DNA of 64,000 nt, taken from contig OX442314.1 of the NCBI GenBank assembly GCA_949358305.1, positions 6,014,001 to 6,078,000 on the forward strand, given 5' to 3'. This document shows, in pieces, positions 35,429 to 47,400 of this stretch. Under the pieces are notes generated by a model. That model was not told where the DNA came from. It worked only from the letters and a program-made list of their open reading frames with translations, and searched no databases. Every line of letters starts with the position of its first letter. The stretch's first letter is position 1. Position numbers and translations under genes: made by a program. Origin of the DNA: Strigamia acuminata (taxonomy: Eukaryota).

Positions 35429-36665
35429 GGGTCCCATTTATTGATCCACTAAATTTCCTTGGATTTCCACTGAAAAAAAACTAATTCTCCCACTTACTGA
35501 AATTTCCACCAACGCTCCTTTTTTGTGCCACTAAATTTATACACTAAAAAAAAACTAAATCTTCCACTAAAATCAAATTTGGAAAGAAAAAACTAATATT
35601 ACCACTACTACTTTTACGTTTTTTTTTTTTTTTTTTTTTTTTGTGCTGCAGCTGTGCGAACGTTTGGCTAACGTCGAGGACGACCAACCCTTCTCCCGCA
35701 TGGTCTACGAGCGCCCCAACAGTCGCCCGCTCCTGCAACCGAGTCCCCGCCAAGGCCCGAGTCCTAGTCCCCAGTTCTAGTCACGTGTCGGGACCCAGTC
35801 CCAACTAGACCTCGGGGCCCCTCGCCCTGGCCATAGTCGTCCATCTCTCGCTCGTAGACCATGCGGGGAGAGGGTTGGTCGTACTGCTCAATAGACAAGA
35901 ACAAGTTCCCTCACCCCACTTCTGGTGACAAAATTGTACGACGGCGGCCACATCTCGCCGGGCGAAGGCTGGTGTCTCCCCGTTCGTCGACTCCCGCCGG
36001 TCCTAGTCACGTGTAGGGACCCAGTCCCAACAAGACCTCGGGGCCCCTCGCCGGCCGCAACATCTTCATGGACGACTATGGCCACGCAAATGCCCACGAC
36101 GACACACCACCTTCGTTTGTTGACTCCTGCCGCTCCCCGATGAGCCGGCGGACTCCCCAATTGTTGGAAGCTCCGCAAGGCGCTGCAGCAATTGGGGAGT
36201 CTAGCGACCACGCCGTGGATTATCGGGGAGCGGCGGGAGTCGACGAACGAAGGTGGTGTGTCGTCGTGAACATCCGCGTGGCCATGAGGATGGACCCGAT
36301 GTGCATGCCGAAGGCGATGTTGTGGCCAGCGAGAGGCCCCGAGGTCTTGTTGGGATGAGGGAACTTGTTCTTGACCTATTATTGAGCAGTACCTAAGTAG
36401 AACGTGCCTTTGGGCGAGAAAAGGAAGCAAGGAAGACCATCGAAAGCCAGTAAGGCCTTCCTTTTGTAATAAAGAAATTAGTAGAAATAGTGTATGTACT
36501 TAGTTTTTTATAGTGGGGAAAGTCAGTAGTGGAAAATTTAGTTTTTTTAGTGTATAAATTTAGTGGAACAAAAAAGGAGCGTTAGTGGAAATTTCAGTAA
36601 GTGGGAGAATTAGTTTTTTTTTAGTGTAAATCCAAGGAATTTTAGTGTATTAATAATATATTCCC
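35429..36665. mobile_element. Non-autonomous Mutator-like (MULE) element with a GC-rich palindromic interior
   Basis: 9-bp TSD TATCAAAAT (35420-35428 and 36666-36674), GGG...CCC ends, AT-rich TIRs of about 140 bp, no transposase. Confidence 0.88.
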
Positions 36666-38641
36666 TATCAAAATCAATTGGTGATGTGCTGCTAAGGTCC
36701 CACGCCGGCAAGGGCAACCGTGCCTAGTGCCGACTTTGCTCCTCTCACCATTCACCACTGGGAAGACAGCCAAGCCTGTTGGTATTTTATGTCACCTGGC
36801 TAATTGTATTGTAAATCCCGAATGAGGGTCTCCCACCGCCAGGGCGAGCTGGGTGTAATCACATGGACCAATCACGTTGTCATGTGACTTCCGGTCACTT
36901 CTTGTATCGAGACAATGGCGTGCGGTTCGTGTTCGGAGTGTGTGCGCGAATAAACGAACTTTATCTTCAACAATCAATGCGATCGTTCTCCATCCATTTA
37001 CAACAAAGGGTTATGGGCACCAGGACGTTCAAATGCGTGAGTTTCTAGTCTTTTGCAAGACATTTCCGTGCGTTTTTGGACACTTGACCGCTGATCGGAC
37101 CACGTGAATTTGGGCCTATTGAAATTTCGTGGTAGATATAAGTTTGGTATTTGTTCAAATGGCAGATCAAGAATCAACGCAGATTGAAAAGTTGGAGGAC
37201 GATAATTACGCCACATGGGCATTTAAGGTGCGTGTATTCCTCCGAAAATACGAATGGTGGACGGTCATTGTGGACGAGCCACCATTATCATCCAGATGCT
37301 GCCGAAGGACTACTACAGCATCCCGAGAGCATTCGACATGTGCGACGACGACGAGATCACGATGATAAAATTGCGGCACATGATTTTGCAGGAGACACGG
37401 CAGAAGGGCGACCGCATGAACGGCAACAATCAGGGCGGTGAACGCGACAGTGAAGGAAACAGCGAGCAGAGCGGTGAACGCAGACGAGATATGAAGCACA
37501 TGAAGTGCTACAACTGCAAGAACCTCCGGCACATCGCAAAAAATTGTCGAAGCCAAGCGGGAATCAAAAACGAGCACGATGCAGACCACAACAAGCCAAA
37601 GCGGAACGTGAATAAGGAGCAGCAGCCAGACGCGACCGTCAGGGCTGTGAAGACTAACCAATTTGTTTTTCAGGTTAAGACCGAGGGACGAGAATGGAAC
37701 CTCCACTCAGGAGCGACACGACACCTGACGGCAAATCGGGATTTCTTTGAGACGTTTACGGCCAACGACGGAAGTTGCAAAGTAACGCTGGCCGAAGGTC
37801 GATAAATTTCCATCCTGGAGAGCGCAAACGTGCGGTTAACGATGGACGATGCGGATACAGTCGCAAGGGACGTGCTGTATATTCCCGATTTGTGCGACAA
37901 TCTGATTTCTGTGCCAAAACTGGACGATGCGGGACTGTGAATTGCTTTTGGGGGCGGAGTGTGCACGATTTCAAGCGGGGATTAAGTGCTGATGACTGCC
38001 ACAAAGATGGGAGACGTATACATGGATTGAATGTCGAGACGGTGTGGTAATCCCAAATTACTACATAAAGGAAATTCCTTAAATCTAATAATTTTATGTG
38101 AGTCTAATTTGAGTACCAAAAGGATTGCAAGAATTATCCAGGCACTACAGGATGTAGCCCCTATCTTGTGTGGGACACAAGATAAGATCTAGGGACTACA
38201 GGATGTGCTACATCCTGTTAGCAGTGAGAGCAGCTGCTAAGAACTCAGTCTAAACCTGAATCTGAACCTGAAAACACCTCCTGAAAAACACACAACTGAA
38301 ACTACTGAAAATCATTGTTTGTTATGGGAGAAACTTCACTTTGGACTCTGGACTCACTTCTGAAATAGCACAACTAGCTATTTCAGGAAACATAATTGGT
38401 AATTCTCTTCCCAACAAGAAGAGAGGGATTACACTCTTCTCCAAGTAAGAGTCAGCTCACACTCTTTGCTGAAAAGAGTCAAGATTCTCCAGTCGCCACG
38501 GCTAGGACGCTCGCCCATCGTCGCAACCAACGTTGGGTAGAAGGAGGGAGAATCAACACGTTGCCGAACGTAAGCAGATCTAGTTTACGGGATTTCCCGA
38601 CTAAGACAGCGGAATTCCGCTTGCGTTTGTATTCCGCTCGT

Positions 38642-38956
38642 ATGAGTGGAAATATTCCGTTGGAACCAATTCCCGAGACGTACGAAGACGCCACGGACGA
38701 GATACAGCCAGGACCGGCATATCTCGAGATAGTAGCAGTCCCAGACGAGCCACAGCCCGCCAGGACGCATACGAGGACCGAAGCGAGGTTGGACTTCAAG
38801 TTTGACGTCCAAGCGAACTCCATCGCCCACGCTGAAAGATTAGATGCGATAAGAAGATTTCGGACGGAATCGATAATCTTCATCGGCAGTGTATTTTTCC
38901 TTATTTCACTTTTCCTAATTATAAGTTATTTTGTCGTGAAATCATATATTAATTAA
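38642..38956 (+). CDS. LTR-encoded 104-aa putative membrane protein with a C-terminal TM helix (5' LTR copy)
   Basis: ATG 38642; acidic Pro-rich N-terminus, then RRFR, then IIFIGSVFFLISLFLIISYFVV and a 5-aa tail. The frame is open back to 38396. Confidence 0.55.
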   Translation: MSGNIPLEPIPETYEDATDEIQPGPAYLEIVAVPDEPQPARTHTRTEARLDFKFDVQANSIAHAERLDAIRRFRTESIIFIGSVFFLISLFLIISYFVVKSYIN

Positions 38957-39303
38957 TCTTTCTATTTCATACTGTTCTCAAAGTCTGGAAAACCCAGCAT
39001 TGTAAATTAGCATTTATTCATATTTTATTGTAAGATAATTCCGGGTCGGAATTATCCCTATTTTTATATCAAAGTATTTTTATTAAAAGTCAGAGAGTTA
39101 AATTATAAAAGTTAGTAATTATTTATATTATATGTAAGTCTTTTTAAAAGCAATCCTAGCAAGCCCGAGTATAACATTTTAATAATATTATATTCGAGGT
39201 TTGTTACACTTGGGGGCCTGTCGATTTGAACTAAAAATTGTTAATTTTAACGGGACTCTCGACTTTCTTACTGTTTCTTTCTTGCACCTTTTATTATAAA
39301 AAA

Positions 39304-42300
39304 ATGCCGAGAAGAAAGAGCTTTATCTCTACGAAAAAGTATCCGACGCGTCAATCAGGACCACCGACGGACAGCCAAGCGCCAGATCAAGATATGGAAG
39401 TGGATATTCCACAAGTACCTGTAATAGTTGATCAGGCGCAAGGAGCGGTCGGAGGCAACGTAACAACGCCTTCGCCGCCCAAATTAACACATTCACCGCC
39501 AAAATCGGTTGAATTATCTGGAGAACCTGTGTTGCAACAAGTGCGGCCGAAAACTCCGGAAGTGACGGCAAAAAAGCCGCCAGACATTTTGGCGCAGCAA
39601 AAATCGCCAAAATCGCCAAAATCGGCGACGAAAGAGACTGAAACTTCGTCGTCAAAAATTCCACGCTCAATTTCACGACCACCGTCACGTAGAAGTCACA
39701 TGTCGGAAGCGGATCGTGAATTGTACGAAAAAACACTGGCCAACGTGAACAAAGTGGGCTCAGTGTACAAGCAACAATCGTCCAGTGAACGAGACGCGGC
39801 CGAAGTTTCGTTAATGGACTTAATGGACATTGTTGAGGACAGAGTACGTGAACGACCACTTATTCGACGCCAACCAGGCGAAAGGCTTGTGGACGCCTAC
39901 CGGAGAAGCCTCAGTGCAATTCGGGCAGATATGGCAGACAGAGCAGGTGAAGCTTTCGACACGGAATCGGCCCGCGTAGAAAGTGAAAAGGGCCTCTCAC
40001 CAAGCGAAAGAGACATTCGACGCCGTGAAAGACTAAAAAATTTCAAGCGTGATGACGTTTGGGTCGCCTTAATGAGTGAAGAACAAGCAGCCGTTCGCGC
40101 AAAAAATCAACAACGAGAAGTTGATAAAAGACGCCGTGACAGCACAGAAAAATTTGCAGAAAATTCCGTTGAGTGGGTGCGTAACGAAAATAATCGTATC
40201 CTGTCCGGAATGAAACGTCTACGAGAAGAGAGAGACATGTTGGAGGCAGAGCAACAAAGATTGGTGGAAGAAAAACGTGAAGTCGAAAAACGTAAGCAAG
40301 AGGCCATTACAGCAATAGAGGCAGAAAATGAGCAGCTTCGTTTGATCACCTTTCGCGCTGAACAAGACGCGGAAGCGGTGCGACGACACTTACGCAGAAA
40401 TCAATTCTCTCAAGACATTCCATACTCTGCATATGACGTCACGATTAGTGAACTACATGAACGTGCAGGACGACAACAAACCGATGAAGAGTCGGAAAGT
40501 CCGTCTAAAAAAAAGAGGGGGGAGGAGCCAGTACCTGGAGAAAGGAGAATACAGCCACCCTCACCTGCACAAAATCAAAATTTAATTGATATGTTAAATC
40601 AACGAAATTTGCAGCCACACGGTCAGCCAAAAAATAGTGATATGCAGCCAATGGAAATAGATACAAATTTCAGAAGTGTAAGACTGACAATGGACATAGA
40701 CATTCCAGTTCGAGCAAAATGCCCATACACGGGAGATGATCTCGTAACAAGGCAAGGAAATGTGCAAAATATTCAAAACACTCCAAATAGAAGGGAAGTG
40801 CGTCGAGAAAGGCAGCAGACAACCGAAAATCGACCAAATTGGCAAAATCTACCGCCAACTCGACCAAAGGCACCAATATTGGGAGAAAGAGCAAATTCAC
40901 CTGTGTCAATAATTCGACCGGAACCACAGTATGCATGGGAACGTCAATACAATAGGCAAGAAGGTGAATCGAGCAGAGAAAATCCGTTTGGACGACCAAT
41001 ATTGAGTCCACCAGAATATGAAGACTCGGAAAGAGCAAGAAATAATCCTTTTCTCACTCCACCAAGAGAGAGAGACCAGGAAGTGCCAAGAAATGAGTAT
41101 CAGCTGCCACAAGGATTTAAACAGCCAAAGGAGGAAACAAGAAGTTTCCAAACATACGTAAATCCATGGCTGAACAGCGCAGCAAATCAGCAAAGAGAAT
41201 TTCCCCAAAGTCAAGAAGGAGGATTCACGCATCATAACCGAGGATTTCGAGATTTTAATGCGCCACCATCCTATGACAGAGGAAATCCTCAACAGTCGCA
41301 ACAAGAAAATAATAATTTTCAGCGACAACAGAGAAGTGATAAATTCTCACAAAATAATCCAAGATCAGATAATTTTCGACAAGAACAAAATTATCACAGG
41401 ACGAATTTCGAACCACGTTGTGGACAGCAACAACAGCAAAGGACAAACAATCCATTTGCTGAGCAACTTCCAGAACAAGGAGCGACAGCACCGACTCCAG
41501 ATGCACAATATTGGGAGCAATACATCAAAGATCAAATTGATTCCAAATTGGCAGCGACAGAAGTCGATGAAGCTGACGAAGCTCGCCAGAGAAGGTTCGA
41601 AAAATATCGAGCAATAAACTGGACACACGTTTGAGCCAGAAAGTCAAATTAAATGGGACAGAATTTTGCCAGATATATTTGATGGAAATTGGCATGCCGG
41701 AACACAATTTCTGGAAGAAATGGTGCGACTAGCCAGAGCAAGCGGTGCGAGTCCATATTTGACGTTAAAAAAGATTGTTCCAAAAGCAGTATCCGATAAT
41801 AGGGGGTTTCATTATATGAATGATTTTGCAATTTTGTGATTTTGCATTAATCACAAAATCATTATTTTTTGATGCCTCCAAAAATGAGTTTACATTGAAT
41901 TAACCCAGTCAATTTTGCAATTGTGTGATCTGGACAATTTTGTGATTTTTGAGTATTGTCATGTGATATCTGTTCTACCAATCACATTCACATTCACTAA
42001 AGCACAAAAGAGTAAAAACACAAAATCCCAAAAACATCTAAAAGGTAGTTTTTGTGATTTTGATAAGAAGTGATTTTGAGGCTTGTGAAACTCAAAACAA
42101 AATGGAGGCATCCAAGCTCTATCTAAGTGGCCAACTTGTATCCTTGTATATCATCAAAATGCTGATGCATCCATGACTGTATAACAGCTAGGAAACTCAA
42201 TACTTCGATTCGGGTAAAAAAAAGTACCGATTCAGGGCGATTCAGGGCGATTTTAGCGGGTGCCCGAATGGAAATTCAGGCGGAAATGTTCGTCGCGTAT

Positions 42301-44424
42301 CGTTTTTTATTGTTTTCTATGTCAAGATGAGCTCGGAAAATTATGGAACCAAGCTCATTTTGAAGAGGAGACAATTCTGCACAAGCCTGTATTTTTTATT
42401 TTTTGATTCGGGCGAGGAAAAGTGCCGATTCGGGCCATCTTAGCGGGGGACCGAATGGGAAAATTTGGAAATTTGGTGCAGAATTTGGATTCGAGATTCG
42501 ACCATGACAAAACCAAAAATTCGTAAAATTAACCGAATGAAATGTTTAAAACAGGTTTCCAGAGAAGAAAATCCCGCTGAAAACGATGGTACAGATAACT
42601 TTTTGATCGGATTAACCGTTGATTTTAAATTTTGGAAAAAACGATCTTTTTTGGGTTGATTTATAAGAAAAAGTTGGAAAAAGTGGTTGAATAATAAAGG
42701 AGGACAAAATAGCAGGTTGCAGTGGTTTGGGCCAAAATTGAATTGGCTGGATTGGCGTTGGGTTTAGGTTAACTTTTGGGTTTGATTGTGTTTGGGTATT
42801 GGCCAGATTGGCATTGGTTTTGGTTTGGTGTGGTTTGGGTTTGGGTTGCATTATTATGGGTTTGGTTTAGTTTTGCAAAAATTTATTTTATGATTTGGTT
42901 GTATACATTTGTCTGATCTATGGCTTTGGCTTTGTGGGTGAACAGCTAGTATTTATTAAAATGCACCTTATTAAAAAATATTTTGTTCCATCACACAAAT
43001 AAGAACTAGTTTTTTTGCATCACATTTTAAAATTGGTTGGATATAACTATAACCTAATATGGTGGATAGGAAGTCACGTGACTATTTAAATAATTGCAAA
43101 ATTGCAAAATTATGAGATTGTTTTTGAAACTAATTATTAATCACAATTTGTGATGGCCACTTGGATTGAGTTTGGCTGCTGCCATTTTTGCCAAAATAGC
43201 AAAACTACCTTTGATTTTGTGATTGTGTATTTTTTCTGTTTTGTGTTTTTGCAATTATGCACATGATTGGTAGAACTGATATCATGTGACAAATCCAAAA
43301 GTGCAAAATTGCTAAAGTTGCAAAATTACAAAATTGCTTAATTAATGAAACCCCCTAATGCAGCTGATTGGTTCTACGAGCAAGGATTCCAAGATTGGGA
43401 TTCGTTCGTAAAAGCATTTTTGACAGAATATGGCGAACCAATCGAGACTCTATTGTACCATTGGGATAATTGGCAACAATATAGAGGAGAGGATTTACGA
43501 GCGTACTTACGACGAACAGAGGATCTCCTCGCCAAATTGCCATACAAAATGGGCGATGCGTCGCATGATAGACAATTTAGAAAAGGCTTGACTCAATATT
43601 CGAAAAATATATTGATGTCAGTAAATGCACCCAACCCAGGGTCATTCAAAAAATTAGCCACATTCATGCGAGCGCACCAAACAAAAATCGACGAACGGTT
43701 TATAACGTATATGACCAACGCCGATCGAGAAGCTATGAAAGAGCTAAGCAAGAAGCAGTCAGAAGCAGCTTCCGGAGGTACGAGACGAATGAAACCGCGA
43801 CAATACATTCTCCCACCTTCATCAAATACGCCAGCTGAACGTACAGTACCAGTTGACCCATCCAATCCGCACCCACCACCCAAAAGTGCAGTCAAAATGA
43901 CGGCAAAGGCAATAGTGGAAAGGTTGGAAATGGAAGATGAAGAAGAAGTGCCAAATGAGACAAATTGGGCACAGGAGGAAGTAGAGTCAGAAGTAAATGA
44001 TTTATTAGAAGGAGCTCACGCTTTCTACACAAGAAATAACACGACAGCTCCAAAATATAAACCATCACTGCAAGGAAGGACAACAAATCCGTTTACTCGT
44101 CCAGCAGCAGCAGCAGCGCCCGTATCTGCGCCAGCTTCAATGCCAGCCCAAGCTGCAAAGCCGACCACAGCTTCAAATAACTTCACGAAGGTGATGGAAA
44201 GATTTCTAAGTCAACCTTCAACTTCAACTGCACCCCTGCCTACAGGAGCGGTTCCCAAGCCTACACCGCCAGTAGTCAAAGCAACGCCAGAGAACTCACC
44301 TTGCAACAATTGTCAGCAATTAGGACATTGGTCAAGGAACTGTCCCCAACCGAAGAAATTCACGAAGGAGGACATTGAGCAGATAGTAAAATCACTGACG
44401 GAGCTCGTTCAAAAAAACATGTAG
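39304..44424 (+). pseudogene. gag: Gag of Gypsy B, disrupted by a frameshift (~41617-41630) and a TIR-element insertion (41801-43356)
   Basis: Reconstructed IKWDRILPDIFDGNWHAGTQFLEE...AVSDN|AADWFYEQ aligns with Gag A IRWQHYIQTRFDGSWKAGDRFLDE...GSAREWYQ. CNNCQQLGHWSRNC knuckle. Confidence 0.88.
41801..43356. mobile_element. Non-autonomous TIR DNA transposon with 3-bp TSD (PIF/Harbinger-like), inserted in gag B
   Basis: Perfect 14-bp TIR AGGGGGTTTCATTA/TAATGAAACCCCCT and TSD AAT. Inverted subterminal blocks (e.g. 41957-41985 versus 43263-43291) and many TTTTG(C/T)(A/G)A motifs. Removing it restores the gag frame. Confidence 0.9.
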
Positions 44425-44458
44425 GCGCGGACTCTCGAAGCCAAGAGCAGCCCGCGCC
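44412..44458 (+). promoter_or_regulatory. Predicted -1 frameshift signal (gag-pol) of Gypsy B
   Basis: A_AAA_AAC at 44412-44418, a 5-nt spacer, then stem GGCGCGG/CCGCGCC. The -1 frame is open into pol. Confidence 0.82.
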
Positions 44459-47400
44459 CACGTGTAACTCGGAAACCGGTGCAAAAGGAGAAAAGGCAGT
44501 GGAACAAACAAAAGAAGTGGAAATTTCAGAAGAAGTTAAAATAAATGACGATAAACTGGAATCTCCAGAATGCAAGTTGGAAGTGAAGGAAGAAATCAAA
44601 GCAGAAATTCAAAATATAGATGCATCATATTTCACCAAAGAAGTAAAAGCAGAGCTGGAAAAAATGGAAAAACCGACAGAGTTGCCAGCTACAGTCTTTT
44701 GGTGCAATGTGAAAAAAGATTTTGAGGAAACACCGACATTAAGCGAAGAAATAATGTCGATGAAGAGTGAATTCATAACATTGGACGCGATGTTTGAAGA
44801 ATTACCTCAGTTCTCAGGCGAAGAAAAATACCGTCTAAGGCGAAGTGACATCTTGGTTTCCAACGACGAAATCATGAATGGTCTAACGACGCTGAGAATA
44901 ATTACGAAAAAAGGATCCATAGTAACTATGTTGGATTCAGGGGCCAACCGGAGCTACATCACGATGCCTCTAATCAAGAAAATGGAATTGGAAAAGAAAA
45001 TAATTCCAGGAGACTCAAAAGCAGTTGTATCAACTGCAGATGGAGATGTAACACCCGTTGGACACATCAATTTGTCATTCACGTGGTCTCATGGTGTAAA
45101 TAATCATCATTTCATAATTTTGCCGCATCAGTATTCCTTCATTCTCGCTGGAAATGATTTTATGAAAAAATTAAATATTCAGCCAAATCCAGTAACGGGA
45201 GGATGGAATTTTATTGCAAATGTGCCAGCGCCAAGACCGTACATTGCGCAAGATGTGCTGGAACGCTACGAAGAGAAATTAGAGCAGCCAACATCATCAT
45301 TTATGACATTTGTGAAAAGGACAGATTATAAAACATTCCAAGCTCGACTAAAAGTTGGAAATGCGATCGCAACATTGACTGAAGAAGCAAAATTAGAATT
45401 AACTGAAGCAAAACAGTTAGAAAAGGTGTTACGCAGACATGAAAAGATTCTGACAAAAGTACCAGGGAGAACACACGTGACACAACATAGCATTGACTTA
45501 GATACAGATAAGCCAATAAGAGTGCCATTTCACAGCTGGAATCCCCAGAAACGTGAAATTTTAAAGCAAATGTGCACAGATTTGAAAGAAAAAGGCTATG
45601 TGTCAGATGCAATCGGCGATTACGCAACAAGGATAGTCCTTGTGATGAGGCAAGGATCGGACCCTCGTCTCTGTATTGATTATCGTCCGATAAATGAACA
45701 CACCAAATATGATCCACCGCAAATGCCGACAATAGACGAAATTTTGCGTGAATTAGGCGAGTTCAATTGGGTCTCGACAATAGACTTAACAAAAGGGTAC
45801 TGGCAGATTGAACTAAGGCCAGAGGACCGCCCTAAAACAGCTTTTTGGAGTCCGATCGGACGTCTCATGTTTAACGTGATGCCGTTCGGTCTGGTCAATG
45901 CGCCCACGACATTCCAAAGAATGATCGAAAAAGTTTTGGGAGACGCATACAGGATGTATGCGTGGGCATATTTGGATGACATTGTCATTGTTTCAAAAAC
46001 ATTCAAGGAACACATACAGCATGTTGACAATGTTTTGACCAAATTGAAAAATGCTGGATTACACGTAAATCCAGAAAAATCAAAGTTTTTCAGAAAAGAA
46101 CTTTCCTTTTTGGGCTACAAGCTTGGAGTTAATGGGCTCAGTGTGGACCCAAAGAAAGTCTCAGCAATCAAAGACTTTCCAGCACCAACGGATCTCAAAA
46201 GTTTACAAAGATTCCTTGGAATGGTGAATTTCTTTCACCGACTGCTAAAGAATTTGGCAACCACTGCAGAGCCATTACGCCCACTGCTAAAAAAGGAAAC
46301 AGAATTTGTGTGGACTGAAGTTCATCAAAAAGCATTTGACGAAATTAAAGCAGCACTAACCGACTCAGATACGCTAAAGCTGCCAAACCTATACAAGCCA
46401 TTTATTGTGCATACAGATGCCAGTCAAAAAGGACTTGGAGCGGCACTTATGCAGGAGCAGCTAGTCGATGGTCAAATGATAGAAGTTCCGTGTGTTTACG
46501 CGAGCAGAAGCCTTCAGCAAGCTGAGAAAAATTACAGCGCTACGGACTTAGAATGTCTCGGCGTAATCTGGGCACTACGGAAATTCCGTCCATATTTAGA
46601 GTTTACGCACTTTACAGTGCAAACGGACCACCAAGCACTCAAGTGGTTAATGATGTTAGAAGAACCAGCCGGACGTTTGGCAAGATGGCAGATGGAACTT
46701 ATGAGTTTCAACTTCAAAATAAATTACATCAAAGGGCCATCAAACGTCGTAGCTGACGCATTATCACGAGCGCCAGTAGATAATTTGGATGAACCAGAGA
46801 TCTACGACGAGATTACGTCATACTGCCCAACAGCAAATGGACAATGGTCATTCACAAATTGGAACCAACTTCCACGTCAAGATCGCGAGCCAACTCCTGA
46901 AGAAAAAGAAGAAAAATTCATAACATATTGGTGCCAATCACTCAACACCAAAGATGAGGAGTTTGAGCCAGATCAAGAAGAAGAAGATTGGAAATATATA
47001 CCCAATACAGAAAATAAAATGATGAAAGCATTTGTCGCCAGAGTAACAGAACAATTAGATTGTGCGCCACCTTCGCGACAAGACTTTATTGATCATCAAA
47101 TCCGAGATAGACAATGTCAACAAATGCGACATTTTCTAGAAACACAAGAACTTCCACCACAAGTTAGAACGCCAATAGAAAAACAAATTTTCCGAAAAAT
47201 GGCAAATCAACACATTGTGGAAGACGGATTACTACTTCGATTCCAACCCACTCTTTCCGACGAATTAGGAGATGATGGGAGAGCGATGAAAGTAGTAGTA
47301 CCAAAGACTTTACGTCACAGAGTCTTATGGTTAATGCACGGCCATCCGCTGGCAAGCCATTGTGGAATTTCTCGCACATTATATCGCATGCGACGAATTT

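Noticed and set aside
35888..36430. 180-aa and overlapping ORFs inside the MULE
   Set aside because: GC-rich palindromic DNA is depleted of stops; both strands give similar peptides and no transposase motif is present.
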